A stretch of DNA of 64,000 bases from Verrucomicrobiia bacterium (lineage in GTDB: Bacteria; Verrucomicrobiota; Verrucomicrobiia; Palsa-1439): contig JBKQMH010000151.1 of assembly GCA_052146795.1 (NCBI GenBank), positions 1,502 through 65,501 of the forward strand, given 5' to 3'. The position numbers and the translations under genes are program-made. Positions 1-9,217 of this stretch are shown here, piece after piece. The notes beneath the pieces were generated by a model. That model was not told where the DNA came from, searched no databases, and saw nothing but the letters and a program-made list of their open reading frames with translations. The first letter of the stretch is position 1. Every line of letters starts with the position of its first letter.

Positions 1-571
1 ATGCGGAAGCGAAGGCGGACGCAGGCTAAAGCCGTGCGGCTACGGGGGAAACGGCGTGGCTACAACGACGAGGAGCGGCGGGATACCTACACGACAGGCA
101 TCCTGCCCTACAATAAGGAGGGGGCGGAGCGCGGCGAGATCGTTTTTTTGACCGGCGATCGGAAAGGGCTGGACAGTCGTCATGCGGTAGTGTATGGTCG
201 GCGCAGTTGTAGTTCTTTGATATGAATAGAGGGGCGGCGTAGGCCCGTCGGACGGGCCATGCCGCCCTACCATTCGGAGACGCGCGGGAGGGGGTAGGCC
301 CCAAACATGTAATTCTGCAAAACGAAGCCAATTATAATTGACAAAACTTTGGCATTTGGGTCGTTGTGGGACAGTAAGTTACGGAGAAGAGAGGGGGTAA
401 AATGTGGTTGGCTTCGTTTTGTCAAAACGAAGCCAAAATTGGGTTCGTTTGCCTCGTTCCGGCCCGTTCGCGGTGCGTTTCGGGCTTGGATTCGTCGGAA
501 CGAGGCCAGGGTCGAGGTCGATATCGGACATGGCTTGACCGGGTTACGATGAGGACCTATTCTGCGCCCAT

Positions 572-1618
<1,047 letters not shown>

Positions 1619-1624
1619 TTTCGG

Positions 1625-2698
1625 CTACGGCGTTTTCGTGACGAAGTAGCCGCGCACGATCACTCCGAGAATGCGTTTGTCCGCGGCGGCGACGGGACGC
1701 GGGCCGGGTTTGCCGGAGAGTTCCTGGCCGTAGGCGCGGCGGTAGGCTTCTTTGCCGGAGCGAAAGGCGAGGCGGGTGACGACAAAACCGGTGGCGCTCG
1801 CGGCGGTGCTGTCGGGCTGTTGCAGAACGCGCTCCAGCTTCTCGTCGAAGCACTTGATTCGGACGTGCCATTTCAATGGACCGATTCGTTTCGTGGTGAC
1901 TTCGTGCCGGTGCTTCAGGCAAACGCGCGACAGTCGTGCGAGGCGCGCGCGTTCCAGCGCCGCGGCTTGCTTGTCGATGTCCGCCGCGTGGCGCGCCACC
2001 TGATTTCCGTAGGCGTCGTAGAAGGCGTCGGTCAATGCGAAATGCGAGCGGAAGACGGTGATGTGGTCGATGCGCTGCCGCTCGTCGAGCGAGTCGTGAA
2101 GTTCGGCCTTGTCGATGTCGATGAGGCAGAATTTGTTGTCGGAAGCCGAGTACAGGACGTTTTTCGCTGAGATATCCAAATAGATGATGCCCGCGTCGTG
2201 CATTTGTCGCAGGAACCGCCCGAGCGACGATTGGAACTCGGGCGTCTTCGACTCGGGACACATCAGCAATTGTACGTAGCCGGGCAGCCCTTCGGTGATC
2301 AGCGCGCTCTCCAACAGCCCGTACCATCCCCAACGTTCTCCGTGCGCGAGGTGTGGCACCACGGCGATCCCCCGGGCTTGGAACGCCGGGGCAAACCTCC
2401 ATTCTCTGCGGCTCTTGTCTGACCGAACGAAATACGCCACGGGCGCCAGCCCGCGCCGCTCGTGCTGGTAGCGCTTGATGTAAAATTCGCGGTTGGCGAC
2501 GCGGCGAAGGGTCACGGTCGTTGCGGAGGAGGTCTTGACCGGTTCGCCGGGTTCTTGAAGCACTTCGGCCAGCAGCGATTCGAATGGCGGAGCGAACTCC
2601 CAGCGAAGTCCCTGGTAGGTTGTCCGGGTCACGCCGCCATCGTAGGGAAGTCCGGGCCGCTCGTCAACCAGTGGGTGCCCGACAGGCGACGGAATCAT
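1625..2698 (-). CDS. Lipopolysaccharide kinase (Kdo/WaaP/InaA) family protein
   Basis: 357-aa ORF. Protein-kinase-like motifs typical of Kdo/WaaP kinases (IIYLDISAKNVLY catalytic-loop-like, CLIDIDKAE Mg-binding-like). Lies in an envelope-glycan gene context. Family assignment by motif only. Confidence 0.5.
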   Translation of the reverse strand: MIPSPVGHPLVDERPGLPYDGGVTRTTYQGLRWEFAPPFESLLAEVLQEPGEPVKTSSATTVTLRRVANREFYIKRYQHERRGLAPVAYFVRSDKSRREWRFAPAFQARGIAVVPHLAHGERWGWYGLLESALITEGLPGYVQLLMCPESKTPEFQSSLGRFLRQMHDAGIIYLDISAKNVLYSASDNKFCLIDIDKAELHDSLDERQRIDHITVFRSHFALTDAFYDAYGNQVARHAADIDKQAAALERARLARLSRVCLKHRHEVTTKRIGPLKWHVRIKCFDEKLERVLQQPDSTAASATGFVVTRLAFRSGKEAYRRAYGQELSGKPGPRPVAAADKRILGVIVRGYFVTKTP

Positions 2699-3628
2699 CT
2701 ACGCCGGTTTTTGGGCGACGAACGCCAGATAATCCGTCAGGTTGCGACGTTCCAACGCCCCGTGGAACCAGCGGGACACCGGCGAGGGATTGATCTTGTA
2801 CTTCAGTTTTGACCAAGAGCGACAGTACACAAGCTCAAACCCGGCTTTCTCCAGCATCAGCCGCAGACTGCCTTCATCAAAATTGAAAACGTGATGGGGA
2901 AAGCCGAAATGTTTGAACTGCTTGCGCGCCAGACCGTGCCGATTCAGAAACGTTTTGTACCGGTTGGTCAAGCCGCGCCAGTTCGGCACTTGGCCGAATA
3001 GATGCCCGCCCGGCCGCGTGATGCGCCGAATTTTGGCGAGGATTTCCAGCGGATTGTGAACGTGCTCGAGGACGTCCCAAAAAATCACCGCGTCGATGCT
3101 GTCTTCCTCAATATCGGCTTCCTCGATGCGCCCGCAACGCACGGTTACCCCCAGTTTCTCATGCGCCAGATTCGCCAGGCGTCGGGAAATGTCGATGCCC
3201 TCGGCTCGAAACCCGCGTCGGTTCGCTTCATAAACGGTCAGGCCGAATCCCGATCCCACGTCCAACAATCGTCCTCCCGTCGGGACGTACTTCACCACCA
3301 AATCCAACAGATCGGCTTTGACCTTGTAGCTGGACAGGGAATTGACGACGTAGCCTGTTTGCTGTTTCCATTGGTCATAATTGAAGTTGTCGAATACCGA
3401 GATATCGGAGAAGTCCTCGCTCTCGTAGATTTCGGCAAGCTTGCGCGGCGTCAACCGCGGCGAGACGAACATCAGGCCGCATCCATCGCACAGCCGGATT
3501 CCGAGACCATCCGTGCGCTGAAAAAGAAACCGGTTCCGCGCCGCCGGTCCGCACGTCGGACACTCCACCTCTTCCATGTCGGCAGAGTCGTACCTCGTCG
3601 TTGCCATTGCTGAGTCCGCCACCTCCAT
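2699..3628 (-). CDS. Class I SAM-dependent methyltransferase with N-terminal zinc ribbon
   Basis: CPTCG...CDGCG zinc-ribbon, then motif I LLDVGSGFG and motif post-I/II (DAVIFWDVLEHV). Start chosen at MEVADS (3628); the track ORF extends to 3670. Confidence 0.7.
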   Translation of the reverse strand: MEVADSAMATTRYDSADMEEVECPTCGPAARNRFLFQRTDGLGIRLCDGCGLMFVSPRLTPRKLAEIYESEDFSDISVFDNFNYDQWKQQTGYVVNSLSSYKVKADLLDLVVKYVPTGGRLLDVGSGFGLTVYEANRRGFRAEGIDISRRLANLAHEKLGVTVRCGRIEEADIEEDSIDAVIFWDVLEHVHNPLEILAKIRRITRPGGHLFGQVPNWRGLTNRYKTFLNRHGLARKQFKHFGFPHHVFNFDEGSLRLMLEKAGFELVYCRSWSKLKYKINPSPVSRWFHGALERRNLTDYLAFVAQKPA

Positions 3629-3685
3629 GCGCAAAACCGTAGTCCAAACGCCACGTCCGGGCAAACACAAACCGCCGGCGGAGAA

Positions 3686-4504
3686 TCAACTGTAGGAGAA
3701 CCAACCATTGGCCTGTTTCGTTCTCAGGCGCGCACATCCCGTCTCATCTGTTGCGTGGCGCACCGAACGCCGTAATTCGTACAGTTTTCCGTACTTCAGA
3801 AACGCCGAATAACCTTCCATGAACGCGATCGTCAACCCCTCGGTGCCATCCAGAAAGCCGCACTTGAAGATGTAGGATTTCAGAAAACCGCCGATACTGT
3901 GGCCGGCGACGCGCCACCCCGTCCCGCGCAAGCCCCGGTCACGAGCATTCAGCGCTCCCCACGTGCTGTAGCGATCCACTTTGCTCAGGTACTGACTGAG
4001 ATTGCGAAAACCGTGATGCTCCAGTTTCCCGCGGCACCAACCCACTTGCCCATCCAGCTGAATCTCGGCATGGACGTGCTTGCTTTCGTAGCGGCCCAGA
4101 TCACGGCGGAACAGCCGCAGCACCTTGTCCGTCCTCCACGTCCCGTGGCGTATCTGCTTTCCCCCCATGAAATTCCGCCGACGAATCCAGTAACCGTCAT
4201 ACTGCGGCCTCTCCAGGATGCCTTGGATCTCCGCCGCCAGCTCCGGCGTCACCCGTTCATCGCTATCGACGATCAACACCCACTCGTGTCGCGCCTGCGG
4301 AATGGCCCAGTTCTTCTGCGCGGCGCTGTTGACGTATTCGTGCTGCAGAATCCGGTCCGTGTACTTGCGGGCAATCGCCAGCGTCCCGTCCGTGCTGAAC
4401 GAGTCCACCACCATGATCTCATCGGCAAACCTGACGCTGGCCAGGCAACCTTCGATCACGCCTTCCTCATTGCCGCATGGGATGATTACGGTTAGGCGTT
4501 CCAT
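3686..4504 (-). CDS. Family 2 glycosyltransferase (LPS/glycan core type)
   Basis: IIPCGNEEGVIEGCL...VVDSFSTDGT nucleotide-sugar binding region and DSD (LIVDSDERV) DxD motif. 272 aa. Confidence 0.75.
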   Translation of the reverse strand: MERLTVIIPCGNEEGVIEGCLASVRFADEIMVVDSFSTDGTLAIARKYTDRILQHEYVNSAAQKNWAIPQARHEWVLIVDSDERVTPELAAEIQGILERPQYDGYWIRRRNFMGGKQIRHGTWRTDKVLRLFRRDLGRYESKHVHAEIQLDGQVGWCRGKLEHHGFRNLSQYLSKVDRYSTWGALNARDRGLRGTGWRVAGHSIGGFLKSYIFKCGFLDGTEGLTIAFMEGYSAFLKYGKLYELRRSVRHATDETGCARLRTKQANGWFSYS

Positions 4505-4660
4505 ATCGCGTGCATGCGTTCAGCGGTTTGTTCGGCCAATAGAACCAGTCCCCTTGTCCTCACCACTGACTCAACCTCCTTCATGTCCAATACAATAGTC
4601 TATCACTTTGATAGAGTAAAGAGAAATTTTCGGCGTCCAGAATCCACTGGATATGACCCG

Positions 4661-5506
4661 ATGACTTGGTTTATATCGTTCATCACCATGGGGTCGCCGC
4701 AGCCACAACCAACCGCCATTGTCGGCCAGACGCTTCTGCCCATCTCCGTGCCTATCATCACCCTGAATGAGGAACAAAACCTCGCGCGCTGCTTGGAGAG
4801 CGTGCGCGGCCTGGCGTCGGAGATTGTGGTGCTGGACTCCGGGTCGGTTGATCGCACCAGGGAAATCGCCCGGGACTTCGGCGCGAACTTTGAGGTCCAT
4901 CCGTGGCAGGGACACGTCGCACAAAAGAACGCCGCGTTGAGTCACTGCACCCAACCGTGGGTGCTGTGCCTGGATGCCGACGAGGCGCTGTCACCGGAAC
5001 TGGCCCGGTCAATCCGCCAGTTGTTTGCCACGGGCCAGCCGAATGCGAACGGGTTTTGGGTGAACCGGCGAACGTATTATCTTGGCGACTGGATCCGTCA
5101 CGCGTGGTACCCCGAGTGGCGGTTGCGTCTGGTTCGACGGAACCATGCGGAATGGCGTGGTCTCGATCCGCACGACAAGCTGGAAGCCGATGGGGCGACG
5201 GCGCGACTCGATGGCGATTTGCTGCACTATCCGCCGTTTGCCAGCGTCCACGACCATTTGCAAAGCACGATCGGTCACGCACGCACCATGGCCCGCTCGT
5301 ATGCCAGTGCGGGTCGCCGGTGCCACTGGTACCATCTGCTGTTGTCGCCTTGGGCAGCGCTGTTCAAGTCCTACGTGCTCAAGCAGGGCTGGCGCGATGG
5401 CTGGCGGGGTCTGATGATCGCTTGTGTGACGCTGATCGGCACGATGGCCAAGTACGTCTTTCTCTGGGAAACACAGCGCGCCAATTCGAGCGGCCACTCG
5501 GCGTAG
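4661..5506 (+). CDS. Family 2 glycosyltransferase (divergent paralog-like partner of 3686..4504)
   Basis: ISVPIITLNEEQNL...VVLDSGSVDRT and LCLDADEAL (DxD). Start placed at MTWF (4661) or MGSP (4688); the track ORF starts at 4514 in AT-poor leader. Confidence 0.7.
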   Translation: MTWFISFITMGSPQPQPTAIVGQTLLPISVPIITLNEEQNLARCLESVRGLASEIVVLDSGSVDRTREIARDFGANFEVHPWQGHVAQKNAALSHCTQPWVLCLDADEALSPELARSIRQLFATGQPNANGFWVNRRTYYLGDWIRHAWYPEWRLRLVRRNHAEWRGLDPHDKLEADGATARLDGDLLHYPPFASVHDHLQSTIGHARTMARSYASAGRRCHWYHLLLSPWAALFKSYVLKQGWRDGWRGLMIACVTLIGTMAKYVFLWETQRANSSGHSA

Positions 5507-5538
5507 TGGCGACTGGCCAACTGAAAACCGCGTGACCG

Positions 5539-6405
5539 TTACCTGCGCCGCGAGTAGGGATTCGCGCCCGCGGCAAGCTTCAGTCCTTCCTCTGTGAATG
5601 TCAGACACAACTCGTCCAGATAGGCCTTTATCCAGCGGTCAGCAACGATCCGTTCCTGCACCTCTTGGGGCAATTCTTCCTTCCAGCGAAGGTCGAAGTA
5701 GCTGGTTTTTTGCTCTTTGATCCAATCGTACTTCCGTTTCTGCGTGCCAATGTGTTCGCGGTTCCAGTATTCGAGTTCGCCGGGCTCAAACGATAAGCCG
5801 ATCCACTCCGTCAATCGCCGCACTTCGCCGGCCGTGTCTTTCGCCAGGTCGCGGTAGGTCACCAACTCGGCGTCGAACTGGTGCCGACGAATGAATCGCG
5901 TGATGGCCCTGTTCTGCTGAAGCCAGCGGTACATCAACATCGACGGCAGATCCCCGAACGCCGCCCGACCGGGTACCTGCGGCCAGGAGCGCAGTAATTT
6001 CCACCGGAGTCGCATCCGGTTGGTCTTCTCCTCCGGCAGCATCCAGCGACGAACCAGCGCCCGCGGGTCGCGAATCAGATGAACGCATTTTCGGTGATGA
6101 CGGTCGTCTCCGACAAACATCTCCATCCAACCGCGGAGCACCTTGGACGTGTCCACCAGCGCCTCGATGTGCGGGTCGACCCGCGAGAAAATAATGCCGT
6201 ACACATCCCGGATGTTGTGTGGACCGATCCCTTCGAAAATCGGGCTGGAAGTGAAATACACCTCCTTCAACATCATCCCCTTCGTGCGCTTCAATTGGAA
6301 CAATTCCCCGACGTGCAGCGCCTTCGAATGGCTGCCCAGCAACAGCGACAAATAATGCGAACCCGCGTAGCTCGTGGACAGGATGTGGACGACGGTTTTC
6401 TTCAT
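5539..6405 (-). CDS. Sulfotransferase-family protein (putative)
   Basis: N-terminal P-loop-like 5'-PSB region (ILSTSYAGSHYLSLLL) and 3'-PB-like IRDPRALVRRW motif. Start moved to MKKTVVHIL (6405) because the longer track ORF (to 6552) runs through the tRNA at 6492..6566. Confidence 0.55.
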   Translation of the reverse strand: MKKTVVHILSTSYAGSHYLSLLLGSHSKALHVGELFQLKRTKGMMLKEVYFTSSPIFEGIGPHNIRDVYGIIFSRVDPHIEALVDTSKVLRGWMEMFVGDDRHHRKCVHLIRDPRALVRRWMLPEEKTNRMRLRWKLLRSWPQVPGRAAFGDLPSMLMYRWLQQNRAITRFIRRHQFDAELVTYRDLAKDTAGEVRRLTEWIGLSFEPGELEYWNREHIGTQKRKYDWIKEQKTSYFDLRWKEELPQEVQERIVADRWIKAYLDELCLTFTEEGLKLAAGANPYSRRR

Positions 6406-6491
6406 GTCGCGAGCCGCACGGTATTGGCCGCCACGCACGTAATCAAGGACATTCTCCCTCGCCGACTTCGCGACCTTCTCAGAATGAGATT

Positions 6492-6566
6492 TGGTGCCAG
6501 GGGGGAGAGTTGAACTCCCGACCAAGGGCTTATGAGTCCCCTGCTCTACCACTGAGCTACCCTGGC
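6492..6566 (-). tRNA. tRNA-Met (anticodon CAU); tRNA-Ile2(lysidine) not excluded
   Basis: Minus-strand read: GCCAGGG-TA-GCTC-AGTGGTA-GAGC-A-GGGGA-CTCATAA-GCCCT-TGGTC-GGGAG-TTCAACT-CTCCC-CCCTGGC-A-CCA. It has a 7-bp acceptor stem, D and T arms, a CUCAUAA anticodon loop and an encoded CCA. G1:C72 argues against an initiator tRNA. Confidence 0.8.
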
Positions 6567-6750
6567 GCCGTCGTGAAGTGCCGTATGATTAGCGAGCCGC
6601 CCGGAAATTTCAACTGCGTTTTTTCCCTCAGCATGAAACGGACGACTTCGACAATATCAGGGTGTGAACCGCAAATCTAGGCGGTTCGCCAACAGTCCAA
6701 AACTGGGGCGGCAGCGGCCCGAGTGTTCCTTCGTGGCGGGTTGGAAAAAA

Positions 6751-6905
6751 GTTGTCACTCTTAGTTGTCACTCCTCATGAAAAAATGAGGCGATTCAGGA
6801 TGACGTGAGAAAAAGAGCAGTCGGCGTGTAGCCTTTAATTTTGCGGCGTTTGATGACTAGGGAGCACGCGAGAGGAAACCAGCGAAAATAGCCCGTTCGT
6901 CTTAT
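6751..6905. repeat. Intergenic repeat R1, copy 1 (tandem GTTGTCACTC x2 + hairpin CCTCAT-N6-ATGAGG + ...GATTCAGGATGACGTGAGA...ACCAGCGAAAATAGCCC)
   Basis: About 90% identical to 9129..9217 apart from a ~60-nt insertion (6816..6875). Confidence 0.7.
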
Positions 6906-6935
6906 GAGTCCCCTGCCGTAGGGATCTGGAACCGG

Positions 6936-6966
6936 AAGGTTCGCAAAGCGTCCAAAGCGAGGAGAG
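6936..6966. repeat. Intergenic repeat family B, copy B1 (core AAGGTTCGCAAAGCGTCCAAAGCGAGGAG only)
   Basis: Shares the 29-nt core with the B2-B5 copies. Confidence 0.6.
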
Positions 6967-7019
6967 GCGTACAGTGGTAAACACTGGTTGCGGGTGGCAA
7001 GCTGGGATAAACTCTTGGC

Positions 7020-8945
7020 GTGTTGAAACTGCGTCAGTTCATCCCGTTGTTGGTGGTCGCCGTGGGGTTGCTGGCGTATCACAACAGTTTCACCGCGCCG
7101 TTCATCTTCGATGACGTCACCTCGATCGTGAAGAACCCGACGATCCGTCGACTATGGCCGATATGGGGGCCGCTGTTGCCGCCTCATGAGGGCGGCTCGA
7201 CAGTCGAAGGCCGGCCCGTGCTCAATTTCTCATTGGCCCTGAACTATGCGGTTGGCGGCGTGACGCCATGGGGTTATCACGCGCTGAATCTGGCGATTCA
7301 CATCCTCGCCGGCTTGACCCTGTTCGGGATTACCCGGCGGACGTTGCTGCGGCCGGCCCTGTGCGGGCGGTTTGGCGCGGAGGCAACGTCCTTGGCGCTG
7401 GCTGTCGCTGGAATCTGGACAGTCCACCCGCTGCAAACGGAGGCGGTCACGTACGTGGCGCAACGCGCCGAATCGCTCATGGGGCTGCTCTATCTGCTGA
7501 CGTTGTATGGCTTTATTCGGGGGGTAGAATCGCTGAAGTCGGGGTGGTGGTACGCGCTTTCCGTAACCGCGTGCCTGCTTGGCATGGGGACCAAGGAGGT
7601 CATGGTTTCCGCCCCGCTGATCGTGCTGGCCTATGATGGGCTGTTTGTGGCCGGGCGCGTCCAACAGGCGTGGCGGAAGCGATGGCGGCTCTATACGGGG
7701 CTGGCGAGCACTTGGCTGCCGCTCGGTTGGCTGGTGGCGAATACGGGCACCCGGGGCGGCTCCGCCGGCTTGGGGGGTGTCGTTGGCTGGTGGGAGTACG
7801 CGCTGACGCAGTGTCGGGCTATTGTGCGGTACTTGAGGTTGTCGGTGTGGCCCGACCCGCTCGTTTTCGACTACGGGACAACGACGATCCCCCACTTGGG
7901 GCAGGCTTTGCCTTACGCGCTGATTCTGGCGGCCTTGGCTGCGGGAACCATGATCGCGCTGTGGCGCCACCGCCCCATCGGTTTCCTGGGCCTCTGGTTC
8001 TTCGCAATTCTGGCCCCAAGTTCCAGCGTGGTGCCGGTGATCACCCAAACAATGGCCGAACACCGCATGTACCTGCCGCTGGCAGCGGTAGTTACGATGG
8101 CCGTGGTCGGCGCGTTTGCGCTCGGGAAACGCCTGCTGGGCGCGTGGCCGAGGCTGGGTCGGTTGGTCGCGTGGGGAATGGTCGGTGTCGTAGTGCTGTG
8201 GCTGGCAGTGCTGACGATCCAACGCAATTTTGACTACAGCTCAGAATTACGGATCTGGCAGGACACGGTGGCCAAGTGTCCCGACAACCCGCGCGTGCAC
8301 TACAATCTGGGGGTCGTCTTGGGGCAAGCGGGCAAGATTGACGATGCCATTGGGCACTATGAGCAGGCACTGCGGATCAAACCCGATGATGTCAAAACGC
8401 ACTGCAACCTGGGGATCGCCTTGAGGCAAGAGGGCAAGATTGACGATGCCATTGGGCAGTATGAACAGGCGCTTCGGATCAAGCCGGATTACGCCGACGC
8501 GCACAACAATCTGGGGACCGCCTTGAGGCAAGAGGGCAAGATTGACGATGCCATTGAACAGTATGAACAGGCACTACGGATCGATCCCGATTTCGCCGAT
8601 GCGCACTACAATCTGGGGACCGTCTTGGGGCGGGCGGGCCGAATACCGGAGGCGATAGAGCATTTGCAGGAGGCGCTGCGGATCGAGCCGAATTTCGCCG
8701 AGGCGCACTGCAACCTGGGCATCGCGTTGGGGCAAGTCGGCAAGATTGAGGATGCCATTGGGCACTATGAGCAGGCGCTACGGATCAAACCGGATTACGC
8801 CGATGCGCACTACAATCTGGGGATCGCCTTGGGGCAGGCGGGCCGGATACCGGAGGCGATAGAGCACTTGCAGCAGGCGCTACGGATCAAGCCCAATTTC
8901 ACCCAAGCGCAGAACGCGCTTGCGCGGCTGCAAGCTCGCCAGTAA
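7020..8945 (+). CDS. TMTC-like protein: N-terminal polytopic membrane domain (DUF1736/PMT-like) + C-terminal TPR repeats
   Basis: 641 aa. N-terminal LAYHNSFTAPFIFDD...NPTIRRLWPIW...NLAIHILAGL signature as in transmembrane-and-TPR (TMTC/O-mannosyltransferase-like) proteins. About 11 TM segments, then at least 7 canonical 34-aa TPRs (HYNLGxALxxxGKIDDAIxHYEQALRIKPD). Confidence 0.7.
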   Translation: MLKLRQFIPLLVVAVGLLAYHNSFTAPFIFDDVTSIVKNPTIRRLWPIWGPLLPPHEGGSTVEGRPVLNFSLALNYAVGGVTPWGYHALNLAIHILAGLTLFGITRRTLLRPALCGRFGAEATSLALAVAGIWTVHPLQTEAVTYVAQRAESLMGLLYLLTLYGFIRGVESLKSGWWYALSVTACLLGMGTKEVMVSAPLIVLAYDGLFVAGRVQQAWRKRWRLYTGLASTWLPLGWLVANTGTRGGSAGLGGVVGWWEYALTQCRAIVRYLRLSVWPDPLVFDYGTTTIPHLGQALPYALILAALAAGTMIALWRHRPIGFLGLWFFAILAPSSSVVPVITQTMAEHRMYLPLAAVVTMAVVGAFALGKRLLGAWPRLGRLVAWGMVGVVVLWLAVLTIQRNFDYSSELRIWQDTVAKCPDNPRVHYNLGVVLGQAGKIDDAIGHYEQALRIKPDDVKTHCNLGIALRQEGKIDDAIGQYEQALRIKPDYADAHNNLGTALRQEGKIDDAIEQYEQALRIDPDFADAHYNLGTVLGRAGRIPEAIEHLQEALRIEPNFAEAHCNLGIALGQVGKIEDAIGHYEQALRIKPDYADAHYNLGIALGQAGRIPEAIEHLQQALRIKPNFTQAQNALARLQARQ

Positions 8946-8952
8946 GTGACTA

Positions 8953-9075
8953 CCCTCGGCACTTCAAACCGCACGGTTCGCAAAGCGTCCAAAGCGGGGA
9001 GCTATCTTCGACCTGACGCAAATGGGGAGCCTTTGCTGAGGGTGTGGGCTGTCGAAGCCCCACGGCGTTCGAGGA
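8953..9075. repeat. Intergenic repeat family B, copy B2 (full length ~120 nt)
   Basis: CCCTCGGCACTTCAAACCGCACGGTTCGCAAAGCGTCCAAAGCGGGGAG...CAAATGGGGAGCCTTTGCTGAGGGTGTGGGCTGTCGAAGCCCC. Aligns with B5 (16783..16900) and B4 (12313..12415). Confidence 0.7.
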
Positions 9076-9128
9076 GTTGGCATTGTGGGGCGTCGCGGAT
9101 GCGACCCGTACCCGGCGAGGGTGCGGAT

Positions 9129-9217
9129 CGTTGTCACTCTTACTTGTCACTCCTCGGTCGAAAATGGGTCGATTCAGGATGACGTGAGAGAAAACCAGCG
9201 AAAATAGCCCTTTCGTA
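9129..9217. repeat. Intergenic repeat R1, copy 2 (compact form)
   Basis: GTTGTCACTCTTACTTGTCACTCCTC...GATTCAGGATGACGTGAGAGAAAACCAGCGAAAATAGCCC. Abuts the stop of the PKD protein gene. Confidence 0.7.

Noticed and set aside
1-225. 74-aa ORF at the window start (MRKRRRTQAKAV...); possible C-terminal fragment of an upstream gene
   Set aside because: No recognisable domain and no way to judge it from 225 nt at the window edge, so it is left unannotated.
5539-6552. Long form of the sulfotransferase-like ORF
   Set aside because: Would run through the tRNA at 6492..6566. Internal start MKKTVVHIL was used instead.
7230-8233. 330-aa minus-strand and several plus-strand ORFs inside the first TMTC-like gene; likewise 12543..13415 and 13881..14444 inside the second
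   Set aside because: Antisense or alternative frames of repeat-rich, GC-rich coding sequence, with Pro/Arg/Gln-rich products and no motifs.
8290-8900. Regularly spaced ~102-bp near-identical repeats, checked for CRISPR
   Set aside because: They are in-frame TPR units of a protein-coding gene (the same holds for 13800..14400 and 15600..15900 Sel1 units). No CRISPR array or cas genes are present.
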